Of a DNA stretch of 64,000 nucleotides, positions 38,159-48,542 are shown in pieces (the stretch's first letter is position 1; each line of letters opens with the position of its first letter). The stretch comes from Lutibacter sp. (lineage in GTDB: Bacteria; Bacteroidota; Bacteroidia; Flavobacteriales; Flavobacteriaceae). The position numbers and the translations under genes were made by a program. The notes beneath the pieces are model-generated. The model made no database searches. It worked only from the letters and a program-made list of their open reading frames with translations, and had not been told where the DNA came from. The stretch lies in NCBI RefSeq assembly GCF_013041805.1, contig NZ_JABDRI010000094.1, forward strand, positions 1 to 64,000. The letters run 5' to 3'.

Positions 38159-38581
38159 TTAACTTAATTTCGACTGAAATGCTAAAGCGTATAATTTAAT
38201 TTGTTTAATCATAGAAACTAAGCCATTTGCTCTTGTAGGGGATAAGTGTTCTTTTAAACCAATTTCATCAATAAAGTATAGTTCTGCGCTTAAAATATCA
38301 GCCGGTTTTTGATTGTTAAATACTCGAAGTAAGATTGCTACAATTCCTTTAGTTAAAATAGCATCACTATCAGCAGTAAATTTTAGAGATTCATGTTCAA
38401 TTTCAGAGTGTAGCCATACTTTTGATTGACAGCCGGAAATTAAATTTTCATCTAATTTAAACGTTTCCTCAATAAGTGGTAGCGATTTCCCAAGTTCAAT
38501 AATATATTCATATCGTTCCATCCAATCTTCAAACATTGAAAACTCGTCTATAATTTCTTCTTGTATTTCTTTGATAGTCAT
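38159..38581 (-). CDS. sufE: SufE-family sulfur acceptor protein
   Basis: About 140 aa with the conserved Cys in ISGCQSKVWL. Confidence 0.75.
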   Translation of the reverse strand: MTIKEIQEEIIDEFSMFEDWMERYEYIIELGKSLPLIEETFKLDENLISGCQSKVWLHSEIEHESLKFTADSDAILTKGIVAILLRVFNNQKPADILSAELYFIDEIGLKEHLSPTRANGLVSMIKQIKLYALAFQSKLS

Positions 38582-38680
38582 TTTTTAAACTTATTTTTGC
38601 AAAAATAACCACATCTTCTGTTTAAAAAAAATATAAATGCAAATAAAGCATTTTAGATGTGCTAAGAATTTAATATACTT

Positions 38681-39607
38681 ATGAATAAATTACTTATTGT
38701 TGGTACGGTTGCTTTTGATGCTATTGAAACTCCGTTTGGTCAAACAGATAAAATTTTAGGTGGCGCTGCAACTTATATTTCGTTATCAGCTTCACAATTT
38801 GGCGTTAAATCTGGAATTGTATCTGTAGTTGGAGGTGATTTTCCAAAAGAATATTTGGAAAAACTAAATGCAAAAAATATCAATACAGAAGGTATTGAAA
38901 TTATTGAAGATGGTAAAACATTTTTTTGGAAAGGTGTTTATCATAACGATTTAAATTCCCGTGATACTTTAATCACAGATTTAAATGTGTTGGCTGATTT
39001 TAATCCTATTGTTCCTGAAGAATTTAAAGACACGGATTTTTTAATGCTTGGTAATTTACATCCAGCAGTGCAAATGTCTGTGATCAAACAAATACCTGTT
39101 CGTCCAAAATTAGTAGTTTTAGACACTATGAATTTTTGGATGGATAATACCTTAGATGAATTGATGGAAGTTATTGCAAAAATAGATGTGATTACCATTA
39201 ATGATGAAGAAGCTCGTCAGCTTTCAGGAGAATATTCTTTGGTGAAAGCAGCTCAAAAAATTCATAAGATGGGACCAAAATTTGTGGTAATTAAAAAAGG
39301 AGAGCACGGCGCATTATTATTTAATAACGGCGATGTATTTTTTGCTCCGGCACTTCCATTAGAAGAAGTTTTTGATCCTACAGGAGCTGGTGACACTTTT
39401 GCAGGAGGGTTTGTTGGACATATTGCAAAATCTGGAGATATTTCTTTTGATAATATGAAAAGAGCTGTTATTTCAGGTTCAAATTTAGCTTCATTTTGTG
39501 TAGAAAAATTTGGTACTGAGCGTATGGAAAACCTTTCAGATGATGAAATACAAAAAAGGTTATTACAATTTAAACTTTTAACACAATTTGATATTGAGTT
39601 AACTTAA
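38681..39607 (+). CDS. PfkB-family carbohydrate kinase (ribokinase-like)
   Basis: C-terminal anion-hole motif DPTGAGDTFAGGFVG; about 308 aa. Confidence 0.8.
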   Translation: MNKLLIVGTVAFDAIETPFGQTDKILGGAATYISLSASQFGVKSGIVSVVGGDFPKEYLEKLNAKNINTEGIEIIEDGKTFFWKGVYHNDLNSRDTLITDLNVLADFNPIVPEEFKDTDFLMLGNLHPAVQMSVIKQIPVRPKLVVLDTMNFWMDNTLDELMEVIAKIDVITINDEEARQLSGEYSLVKAAQKIHKMGPKFVVIKKGEHGALLFNNGDVFFAPALPLEEVFDPTGAGDTFAGGFVGHIAKSGDISFDNMKRAVISGSNLASFCVEKFGTERMENLSDDEIQKRLLQFKLLTQFDIELT

Positions 39608-39608
39608 T

Positions 39609-39640
39609 AAAATTCCGCCAGCGTGCGGAATTTTTTTTTA
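39609..39640 (+). terminator. Rho-independent terminator
   Basis: aattccgc-cagcgt-gcggaatt followed by nine T. Confidence 0.75.
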
Positions 39641-39663
39641 AATTTACTTCGAAAACAATAACT

Positions 39664-41565
39664 ATGAGTGACGCTATTAAACACGAATGTGGAATTGCAA
39701 TGGTTCGATTATTAAAACCTTTGCAATATTATAAGGATAAATACGGAAGTGCATTTTATGGTTTAAATAAAATGTATTTATTAATGGAAAAGCAGCATAA
39801 TCGTGGTCAGGATGGTGCAGGTTTAGCAAGTATTAAATTTGATGTTTCTCCAGGTACCAGATATATTAGCCGTGTTCGCTCAAATGCCAGCCAACCAATT
39901 CAAGATATTTTTGCACAAATAAATGAACGTTTAAACACGTTAAATGAAACTTTTCCTGAGAAAGCTGATGATGTTGAATGGCTAAATAATAATGCACCAT
40001 ATTTAGGAAATCTATTTTTAGGCCATGTCCGATATGGTACTTTTGGTAAAAATAGTATTGAAAGTGTGCATCCATTTTTACGTCAAAGTAACTGGATGCA
40101 TAAGAGTTTACTAGTGGCAGGTAATTTTAATATGACCAACTCCAAACGTTTATTTAACGATTTGGTTGAAATTGGGCAGCATCCGAAAGAAATGACTGAT
40201 ACGGTAACTGTCATGGAAAAAATTGGTCATTTTATTGATGATGAAGTGGCAGATTTATATGTGAAGATTAAAAAACAGAAGGGTGTAAATAAAAAGGAAG
40301 CTTCACCCTTAATTGAAGAACAAATCAATATTAAAAAAATTCTAAAGCGATCTGCCAAAAACTGGGATGGAGGTTATGCAATGGCTGGTTTGCTAGGTCA
40401 TGGAGATGCATTTGTTTTGCGTGATCCTGCAGGAATTAGACCAGCTTATTATTATAAAGATGATGAGGTTGTTGTGGTAGCTTCAGAGCGCCCTGTTATT
40501 CAAACCGTTTTTAATGTAGCTATTGAAGATGTTAAGGAAATTGAAAGAGGTCATGCTTTAATTATAAAACGAAACGGTAAAATTTCTACCAATAAAATTG
40601 TAGCACAGTTGCCTCAAAAATCTTGTTCATTTGAACGAATTTATTTTTCTAGAGGAAGTGATGCTAGCATTTATACAGAACGTAAAAATTTGGGAAAATT
40701 TGTTTTTCCTCAAATTTTAGATAAAATTAATAATGACATTAAAAATTCAGTTTTCTCATATATTCCAAATACTGCAGAAACATCATTTTATGGAATGCGA
40801 GAAGCTGCTGAAGATTTCTTAAATCAACAAAAAGCAGAAGTTATTTTAAAAGGACAACGAAGCTTATCTGTTGAAAAGGTAAAGGAAATCTTATCTGAAA
40901 GGCCGCGTGTTGAAAAGCTAGCTATTAAGGATGCTAAACTACGTACGTTTATTGCAGACGATACGAGTAGAGATGACTTAGTTGCTCATCTTTATGATGT
41001 TACCTACGGTATTGTTCAGCCAACAGATAATTTAGTAATTATTGATGATAGTATTGTTAGAGGAACTACTTTGAAAAAAAGTATTATTAAAATTTTAGAT
41101 AGACTGCACCCTAAAAAAATCGTAATAGTATCATCAGCTCCTCAAATTCGATATCCAGATTGTTACGGAATTGATATGGCGAAATTGGGTGATTTTATTG
41201 CTTTTAGAGCGGCACTAGAATTATTAAAAGATACGAAACAATATGCTATTGTTGAAGAAGTGTATGCGAGTTGTAAAGCTCAAAAAAAATTAGAAGATAC
41301 CGAAATTGAGAATGCTGTAACAGCAATTTATGCACCTTTTTCAAATGTTCAAATTTCAGATAAGATCGCTTCAATGCTAAAAACAGAGGACATCAATGCT
41401 GAAGTTGAAATTGTGTTTCAAACCGTAGAAAATTTACACAAAGCTTGTCCAGATCATTTAGGTGATTGGTATTTTACAGGTAATTATCCAACTCCAGGAG
41501 GTAACCGTGTTGTAAATGATGCTTTTATTAATTTTTATGAAGGAAATGATAAAAGAGCATATTAG
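39664..41565 (+). CDS. Long-form class-II glutamine amidotransferase / phosphoribosyltransferase (PurF-like amidophosphoribosyltransferase)
   Basis: A short propeptide (MSDAIKHE), then the Ntn nucleophile C in CGIAMV. PRPP-binding motif VIIDDSIVRGTT. 633 aa, the long Bacteroidota-type form. Confidence 0.65.
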   Translation: MSDAIKHECGIAMVRLLKPLQYYKDKYGSAFYGLNKMYLLMEKQHNRGQDGAGLASIKFDVSPGTRYISRVRSNASQPIQDIFAQINERLNTLNETFPEKADDVEWLNNNAPYLGNLFLGHVRYGTFGKNSIESVHPFLRQSNWMHKSLLVAGNFNMTNSKRLFNDLVEIGQHPKEMTDTVTVMEKIGHFIDDEVADLYVKIKKQKGVNKKEASPLIEEQINIKKILKRSAKNWDGGYAMAGLLGHGDAFVLRDPAGIRPAYYYKDDEVVVVASERPVIQTVFNVAIEDVKEIERGHALIIKRNGKISTNKIVAQLPQKSCSFERIYFSRGSDASIYTERKNLGKFVFPQILDKINNDIKNSVFSYIPNTAETSFYGMREAAEDFLNQQKAEVILKGQRSLSVEKVKEILSERPRVEKLAIKDAKLRTFIADDTSRDDLVAHLYDVTYGIVQPTDNLVIIDDSIVRGTTLKKSIIKILDRLHPKKIVIVSSAPQIRYPDCYGIDMAKLGDFIAFRAALELLKDTKQYAIVEEVYASCKAQKKLEDTEIENAVTAIYAPFSNVQISDKIASMLKTEDINAEVEIVFQTVENLHKACPDHLGDWYFTGNYPTPGGNRVVNDAFINFYEGNDKRAY

Positions 41566-41595
41566 CTTCATTTAAAAAATAACTTTGAAATAATT

Positions 41596-43797
41596 TTGAA
41601 AGACATACTTTTTATTACGCCGCCATTTACACAGTTAAATACGCCTTATCCGGCGACGGCTTATTTAAAAGGATTTTTAAATACAAAAGGAATCAGTTCT
41701 TTTCAAATAGATTTGGGAATTGAAGTTATTTTGAAACTTTTTTCTAAAAAAGAACTTCAACATATATTTGATACTGCTATTGAAAATAATAAAATCCTGT
41801 CCAGTAATGCACAAAGAATTTTTGCCTTAAGAAGTGAGTATTTAAAAAATATAGATGCTATTATTTCTTTCTTACAAGGAAAAAATCAAACATTTGCTCG
41901 TCAAATATGTACTGAAAATTTTCTACCTCAAGCTTCTAAATTTGAACAATTAGACGACTTAGATTGGGCTTTTGGTTCTATGGGAATTCAAGATAAAGCG
42001 AAACATTTAGCAACCTTATTTTTGGAAGATTTATCTGATTTTATTGTGGAATGTATTGATGACAATTTTGGATTTAGTAGATATGCTGAACGATTAGGAA
42101 AAAGTGCCAACAGTTTTAATGAGTTGTACAACAAATTACAAGGAAAGAATTCTTTTATCGATAGAATTGCCTTAAAAATTTTAGAAGAAAGATTACAAGA
42201 AGTTCAGCCAAAATTGGTTTGTTTTTCAGTTCCATTTCCAGGGAATTTGTACAGCGCCTTTCGTTGTGCTAAATTCATTAAATGTAACTATCCAGATATT
42301 AAAATTGCAATGGGTGGTGGTTTTCCAAATACAGAATTGAGAACTTTAACTGATACACGTGTGTTTGAGTTTTTTGATTATATAACACTAGACGATGGAG
42401 AATTACCAATAGAATTAGTATTCTCTAATGTACTGGATGGAACACCTAACAATCCAGACTATAACTTATTTAAAAGAACTTTTATACTTGAAAATTCAGA
42501 AGTAGTTTATAATAATTCTTCCCTAAAAAATGATTATAAGCAAGCATACGTTGGTACGCCAGATTATTCAGATTTATTACTAGACAAGTATATTTCGGTA
42601 ATAGAAATTGTCAATCCAATGCATAGTTTGTGGAGTGATGGACGTTGGAATAAATTAACAATGGCTCACGGATGTTATTGGGGGAAATGTACTTTTTGTG
42701 ATATTTCGTTAGATTATATTAAAATATATGAACCAATTGCGGCTAAACTATTGGTTGATAGAATGGAAGAAATGATTACTCAAACTGGAGAAAATGGTTT
42801 TCATTTTGTTGATGAAGCTGCACCACCGGCTTTAATGAAAGAATTGGCAATAGAAATAATTAAGCGAAATTTAACAGTATCTTGGTGGACAAACATTCGG
42901 TTTGAAAAGAGCTTCACTAAAGACATATGTACGTTATTAAAGGCATCAGGTTGTATTGCTGTTTCCGGCGGTTTAGAGGTAGCGTCAGATAGATTATTAG
43001 AATTAATAAAAAAAGGAGTAACAGTTGAACAGGTAGCTAAAGTAACCCATAATTTTACGGAAGCAGGTATTATTGTTCATGCGTATTTAATGTATGGATT
43101 TCCAACACAAACAGTACAGGAAACTATTGATAGTTTAGAAATGGTGAGGCAATTGTTTGAATTAGGGTGTATTCAGTCTGGTTTTTGGCATCAGTTTGCA
43201 TTAACAACACACAGTCCAATTGGCTTAAAACCACAAGAATATGGAATTATGCCCGACTATAAAAATATTACTTTTGCAAATAATGATGTTGATTTTAAAG
43301 ATAAAACAGGTATAAATCATGATTTATTTAGTTTTGGTTTAAAGAAATCTATCTATAATTTTATGCACGGAATTGGTTTTGAATTACCACTTAAGGATTG
43401 GTTTGAATTTAAAATTCCAAAAACAACAATTCATCCTTATTTTATAAGTAACTGTTTAGAAATTGAAGATAGTTTAGAAATCAAATCATCAACTAAAATT
43501 TATTGGTTAGGAGCAGAACCAAACGTGTTAAATATCACAAAATCTAAAAGAGGAAAAACGAAGCAAATGCTTCAACTGACATTTCATGAAAATTATGATA
43601 GTTTTACGATTTCTTTGGAAGAAGAAAAAGGGAAGTGGCTCTTATATAGTTTAGAAAAGTTAACTATTTCGCATTCAAATTCATTTACTTTTTCAGAATT
43701 AAAATCAGATTTTGAAAATTATTTCGAAAACTTTGAATTGTTTTGGTGCTCAAAGCCAATTCAATTGTTAAGAAAAAATGGTTTATTGGTTTTGTAG
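41596..43797 (+). CDS. B12-binding-domain radical SAM protein (733 aa)
   Basis: N-terminal B12-binding-like region, a radical-SAM cysteine cluster CYWGKCTFCD, and a long C-terminal extension. It lies 30 bp after the PurF-like gene. Confidence 0.65.
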   Translation: MKDILFITPPFTQLNTPYPATAYLKGFLNTKGISSFQIDLGIEVILKLFSKKELQHIFDTAIENNKILSSNAQRIFALRSEYLKNIDAIISFLQGKNQTFARQICTENFLPQASKFEQLDDLDWAFGSMGIQDKAKHLATLFLEDLSDFIVECIDDNFGFSRYAERLGKSANSFNELYNKLQGKNSFIDRIALKILEERLQEVQPKLVCFSVPFPGNLYSAFRCAKFIKCNYPDIKIAMGGGFPNTELRTLTDTRVFEFFDYITLDDGELPIELVFSNVLDGTPNNPDYNLFKRTFILENSEVVYNNSSLKNDYKQAYVGTPDYSDLLLDKYISVIEIVNPMHSLWSDGRWNKLTMAHGCYWGKCTFCDISLDYIKIYEPIAAKLLVDRMEEMITQTGENGFHFVDEAAPPALMKELAIEIIKRNLTVSWWTNIRFEKSFTKDICTLLKASGCIAVSGGLEVASDRLLELIKKGVTVEQVAKVTHNFTEAGIIVHAYLMYGFPTQTVQETIDSLEMVRQLFELGCIQSGFWHQFALTTHSPIGLKPQEYGIMPDYKNITFANNDVDFKDKTGINHDLFSFGLKKSIYNFMHGIGFELPLKDWFEFKIPKTTIHPYFISNCLEIEDSLEIKSSTKIYWLGAEPNVLNITKSKRGKTKQMLQLTFHENYDSFTISLEEEKGKWLLYSLEKLTISHSNSFTFSELKSDFENYFENFELFWCSKPIQLLRKNGLLVL

Positions 43798-43826
43798 AAA
43801 ATTTAAGCTGAAAAAATCAAAATTTT

Positions 43827-44747
43827 CTAAACAAAAAACAAGACAATTCCACCAAGCGCTATAAATGCACCAATAACTTCTTTTAAGGTTACTTTTTCTT
43901 TATAAATCAAAATTGCTGGTGGAATAATTAAAACAGGTATAATAGCCATAATTGTAGATGCAATTCCAACGGTTGTATATTTTACCGCAAGTAAAGAAGT
44001 GTAAACACCTAAAAAAGGACCAAATATAGAACCAAGTAGTATAAATTTCATAGAAATGGAGTTTGTAGCCGCTTCTTTTACTTTTGGCCAACGTTTTATA
44101 ACTGAAATTAACAATACAAAACCAAAACACCCTGCAATTATTCTAATTTGAGTTGCTGCAAATACGTTGTAATCTTTCATTCCGTATTTACTTAAAACCA
44201 AACCTGTTGCTTGACCAATTGAACCAAAAAATGCAAATAGCATTCCTTTTGGAGAGAAAGAAAATTGAATTTTTTTTCGTTGCTTTTTTAACTTTTCATC
44301 GTCTAATTTCTTTTTTTCAGTTATCACTATCATAATTCCAACAATGGTAATAAACATCGCTACTAATGAAATAAAATTCATAGTTTCCCCTAAAATTGAC
44401 CAACCTATAAAAGCAGCAATAGGAGCACTTAGTGACATAATTAGCATAGAAATTCGCGCACTAATTAACTCATAAGATTTAAATAAGAAATAATCTCCAA
44501 ATACAAATCCAACCAATCCAGAAATTGACATCCAAATCCATTGACTTGTAGTAGCGTCTATTGGAAAAAATAACCCTCTAGTAAAAAATGAAATTATTCC
44601 ATAGATAAAAAATGCAACAATTAGCCGAAGTACATTTACTGAAAGTGATCCGGCTCTCCTAGTTGCTTGTTGAAATGATAAACTAGTAGTTGTCCAAAAA
44701 AAGGCGGTTAATAAAGCAAATAATTCGCCTAAATGGGATGTTAACAT
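43827..44747 (-). CDS. EamA/DMT-superfamily transporter
   Basis: Ten TM helices arranged as two EamA repeats. Confidence 0.7.
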   Translation of the reverse strand: MLTSHLGELFALLTAFFWTTTSLSFQQATRRAGSLSVNVLRLIVAFFIYGIISFFTRGLFFPIDATTSQWIWMSISGLVGFVFGDYFLFKSYELISARISMLIMSLSAPIAAFIGWSILGETMNFISLVAMFITIVGIMIVITEKKKLDDEKLKKQRKKIQFSFSPKGMLFAFFGSIGQATGLVLSKYGMKDYNVFAATQIRIIAGCFGFVLLISVIKRWPKVKEAATNSISMKFILLGSIFGPFLGVYTSLLAVKYTTVGIASTIMAIIPVLIIPPAILIYKEKVTLKEVIGAFIALGGIVLFFV

Positions 44748-44853
44748 AATAAATATAACTAACTTTTGAGATGCTAATGTACTTAAAACGGATTATTAAA
44801 AGGTAATCGCTACAAAATATATTATGCATACTAGCGATATTGTAATAAAAAGA

Positions 44854-44884
44854 AAAAACCTGCTTTTAGCAGGTTTTTGTTTTC
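44854..44884. terminator. Rho-independent terminator downstream of the SOD gene
   Basis: aaaaacctgc-tttta-gcaggttttt. Confidence 0.65.
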
Positions 44885-44904
44885 TTAGTTAGTAGTAGTA
44901 ACTA

Positions 44905-45513
44905 TTATTTATTTTCAGCGTAACGCTTTTCTACTTCGTTCCAGTTTATCACACTAAAAAATGCATTGATATAGTCAGGTCTTCTGTTTTGGTAGTTTAA
45001 GTAATATGCATGTTCCCAAACATCTAGAGCCAAAATTGGAGTTCCTTCACAGCTAACACCTGGCATTAATGGATTGTCTTGATTTGGCGTAGAGCATACT
45101 TCAAGTTTTCCACCTTTATGAACACATAACCAAGCCCATCCTGATCCAAATCTAGTTGCTGCTGCTTTTGCAAAAACATCTTTGAACGCATCAACAGAAC
45201 CAAATTGAGCAATAATTGCATCTTTTAATTCTCCAGACAAATAACCTTTGTCTTCTGGATTCATAATTTCCCAAAACATGGTGTGATTCCAAAATCCACC
45301 GCCATTATTTCTAACAGCAGCATTATTCATATCTAAATTCGTGATAATATCTTCAATAGATTTTCCTTCTAAATCTGTACCTGCAATTGCATTATTTAAA
45401 TTGTTGGTATATCCTGCATGATGCTTTGTGTGGTGTATTTCCATTGTTCTTGCATCAATATGTGGTTCTAGCGCATCGTAAGCGTACGATAATTTTGGTA
45501 ATTCAAAAGCCAT
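44905..45513 (-). CDS. Fe/Mn-family superoxide dismutase
   Basis: [14 protein letters not shown] and DVWEHAYYL metal-ligand motifs; 202 aa. Confidence 0.9.
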   Translation of the reverse strand: MAFELPKLSYAYDALEPHIDARTMEIHHTKHHAGYTNNLNNAIAGTDLEGKSIEDIITNLDMNNAAVRNNGGGFWNHTMFWEIMNPEDKGYLSGELKDAIIAQFGSVDAFKDVFAKAAATRFGSGWAWLCVHKGGKLEVCSTPNQDNPLMPGVSCEGTPILALDVWEHAYYLNYQNRRPDYINAFFSVINWNEVEKRYAENK

Positions 45514-45628
45514 AATTGTAGTTTTAGTTTAATTAAATTTATTTCAAAGATAAAGAATGAAGATCATTCTTAAAAACCTTAAAAATCGAATGTATTTATA
45601 GTGTTATTGTTAATAGTTATTTTGATGC

Positions 45629-46651
45629 TTAATAATCGGCATCTTTTGGGTATTTTGCCATAAATTCTTCAGCTTTTTCAACCATTGTTTTACTTCCACA
45701 GAAAAAAGGAACACGTTGATGTAGTTCTGTAGGTTTAATATCTAAAATTCGCATATAACCGTCGCTTGCTTTTCCATTAGCTTGTTCAGCTAAAAAAGCC
45801 ATAGGGTTACATTCATATAATAATCTCAATTTTCCTTGTGGACTTTTAGTGCTTGTTGGATATAAATAAATTCCACCTTTAATCATATTTCTATGAAAAT
45901 CAGAAACTAAAGATCCAATGTATCTTGAAGTGTAAGGTCTATTTTCTTTTTCTTCTTGGCAATATTTTAAATAATCTTTTACTCCTTGCGGAAAGTGTAC
46001 ATAATTTCCTTCGTTTATAGAATAAATTTTTCCAATTTCAGGAAATTGCATATTTGGATGCGATAAATAAAATGAACCAATTGCAGGATTTAATGTAAAA
46101 CCATTTACCCCGTGACCTGAAGTTAAAACAAGCATAGTTGAAGTTCCATATACAACATAACCAGCCGCTACTTGCTGACTACCTCTTTGCAGAAAATCAG
46201 CTTCTTCAACAGGTGTGCCTATGGGTGTTACTCGTCTATAAATTGAAAAAATGGTTCCAACAGATACATTCACGTCAATATTTGAAGATCCATCTAATGG
46301 ATCCATTAATAAAATATATTTGTTTTCGTTTGTTCCATGTTTTCCTTTAATTGTCACATATTCATCTTCTTCTTCACTCGCAATTCCACAAACAATTTCT
46401 CTGTTTATAAGTGTTTGCATAAACACATCATTTGCATAAACATCTAACTTTTGTTGATCTTCTCCTTGAATATTTGTATCACCTGCATCACCAGTAATAT
46501 CAACTAGTCCTGCTTTGTTAACTTTATAATTTACAACTTTAGCAGCTAACTTAATAGAACTGATTAAACGATTAAACTCTCCTGATGTAGATTTGTAGTG
46601 TTTTTGGTTTTCAATTATAAACTCTCCTAAAGTAAGGTTTTTGTTTGGCAT
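45629..46651 (-). CDS. fbp: Class-1 fructose-1,6-bisphosphatase
   Basis: FBPase class-1 motifs ([28 protein letters not shown]); 340 aa. Confidence 0.85.
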   Translation of the reverse strand: MPNKNLTLGEFIIENQKHYKSTSGEFNRLISSIKLAAKVVNYKVNKAGLVDITGDAGDTNIQGEDQQKLDVYANDVFMQTLINREIVCGIASEEEDEYVTIKGKHGTNENKYILLMDPLDGSSNIDVNVSVGTIFSIYRRVTPIGTPVEEADFLQRGSQQVAAGYVVYGTSTMLVLTSGHGVNGFTLNPAIGSFYLSHPNMQFPEIGKIYSINEGNYVHFPQGVKDYLKYCQEEKENRPYTSRYIGSLVSDFHRNMIKGGIYLYPTSTKSPQGKLRLLYECNPMAFLAEQANGKASDGYMRILDIKPTELHQRVPFFCGSKTMVEKAEEFMAKYPKDADY

Positions 46652-46774
46652 ACTTGTATGTAGTTGTTTGTTTTTACAAATATCGAGAAAATAATTTTCA
46701 AAAAGACATTTGTTTTTCAGATACTTTGAGTAAAGATTTTTATTTTAGCTAAAACTAATAATTAATTAATTGAA

Positions 46775-47254
46775 ATGGGCTTTAAAATAAGAGAAGGTAA
46801 AAAAACTGATATGTTTTCAGTTTTAAAATTAATAAAAGAATTGGCTCATTTTGAAAAAGAACCTGATGCAGTTATAGTTTCTAAAGAAGATTTAGAAAGA
46901 GATGGCTTTGGTTCAGCTCCTTTATTTAAAACTTTTGTAGCCGAAATGGACAATGATATTGTAGGAATGGCATTATTTTATCCAAGATATTCTACTTGGA
47001 AAGGGCCCACAATTCATTTAGAAGATTTAATTGTAACAAAAAGTAAAAGAGGTTTAAATATTGGTAGTGCTTTATATGCCAAGGTTATTGAATATGGTTT
47101 TAATCAAGGGGTAAAACGCATTGAATGGGTAGTATTGGATTGGAACAAACCTGCCATTGATTTTTATAAAAAAACTGGTGCAGTTGTTTTAGAAGATTGG
47201 AATACTGCACAAATGAATGAAGATGCTATTAAAAAATATATAGAAACACTTTAA
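46775..47254 (+). CDS. GNAT-family N-acetyltransferase
   Basis: GNAT motif A region (VTKSKRGLNIGSALY); 159 aa. Confidence 0.7.
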   Translation: MGFKIREGKKTDMFSVLKLIKELAHFEKEPDAVIVSKEDLERDGFGSAPLFKTFVAEMDNDIVGMALFYPRYSTWKGPTIHLEDLIVTKSKRGLNIGSALYAKVIEYGFNQGVKRIEWVVLDWNKPAIDFYKKTGAVVLEDWNTAQMNEDAIKKYIETL

Positions 47255-47255
47255 A

Positions 47256-48503
47256 ATGAAAATTTTTAAGTTTGGTGGCGCATCTGTCAAAGACGCTGAA
47301 GGAGTAAAAAATGTGCTGAACGTTTTAAAACATGAAGGGTTTAAAAATACCTTAATTGTGATTTCTGCGATGGGGAAAACGACCAATGCTTTTGAAAAAA
47401 TAATTGATTCTTATTATAATAAATCATCAGACTTAGAACAACATTTAGAAGATGTTAGAAAATTTCATTTAGAAATTATTTCCAATTTGTTTGAAATTAA
47501 AAATCATCCAATTTATATGGAAGTTGAGCAACTTTTAGGAAAGTTAGGAGGATTTTTAATCGATAATAAATCAACTAATTATAATTTTATTTACGACCAA
47601 ATTGTTGGATATGGAGAATTGCTTTCAACAAAAATAGTAAGCGCATATTTAAATGACCATAAATTAAATGCTAATTGGATTGATGTTAGAGATTATATAA
47701 AAACAGATTCTAGTTATAGAGACGCAAAAATAGACTGGGAACAAACATCAGTTAAAATTTCAAAAATTAATACAGAACAGCTATACATTACACAAGGTTT
47801 TATAGGGTCAAATTCTAATCAAAAAACAACCTCGCTAGGAAGAGAAGGTTCTGATTTTACAGCAGCCATATTTGCTTATTGTTTGAATGCACAAAGCGTA
47901 ACAATTTGGAAAGATGTAGTTGGTGTTTTAAATGCAGATCCTAGATTTTTTAAAACTACAGAATTGTTGCAGCAAATATCTTATTCTGAGGCAATTGAAA
48001 TGGCCTTTTATGGAGCATCTGTAATTCACCCTAAAACATTAAAACCTCTTGAAAATAAAAATATACCTCTATATGTTAGATCTTTTTATAGTTTAACTAA
48101 AAATGGAACAACAGTAGGGAAGGGACATTCATTAATCCCAGAAGTACCTTGTTTTATTTTAAAACAGCATCAAATATTAATTTCTATAGCCGCTTTAGAT
48201 TTTTCCTTCATGGTTGAAAGTAATTTAAGCGATATTTTTAAGATACTGCATAACTATAAATTAAAGGTAAACCTTATTCAAAATTCAGCTTTAAGCTTTT
48301 CAGTTTGTATTGAAGATAACTATCATAATTTTCAACAGTTTTTAAATGAAATGAAATTGAAATACAATTTGAATTACACTGAAAATGTTTCATTATACAC
48401 CATTCGGCACGCAACTCAAGAATCAGTTCAGGAAATAGAACAAAAAGGGAGAATACTGCTAAAGCAAGCAACAAAAGGAACGGTCCAACTAGTTATGCAA
48501 TAA
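47256..48503 (+). CDS. Aspartate kinase
   Basis: N-terminal KFGGASV motif, an amino-acid-kinase fold, and a C-terminal ACT-like region. Its start codon is 2 bp after the GNAT stop. Confidence 0.8.
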   Translation: MKIFKFGGASVKDAEGVKNVLNVLKHEGFKNTLIVISAMGKTTNAFEKIIDSYYNKSSDLEQHLEDVRKFHLEIISNLFEIKNHPIYMEVEQLLGKLGGFLIDNKSTNYNFIYDQIVGYGELLSTKIVSAYLNDHKLNANWIDVRDYIKTDSSYRDAKIDWEQTSVKISKINTEQLYITQGFIGSNSNQKTTSLGREGSDFTAAIFAYCLNAQSVTIWKDVVGVLNADPRFFKTTELLQQISYSEAIEMAFYGASVIHPKTLKPLENKNIPLYVRSFYSLTKNGTTVGKGHSLIPEVPCFILKQHQILISIAALDFSFMVESNLSDIFKILHNYKLKVNLIQNSALSFSVCIEDNYHNFQQFLNEMKLKYNLNYTENVSLYTIRHATQESVQEIEQKGRILLKQATKGTVQLVMQ

Positions 48504-48542
48504 TTTTATGTATTTTTGTAATTCCCATACTAATTGAAGTGA

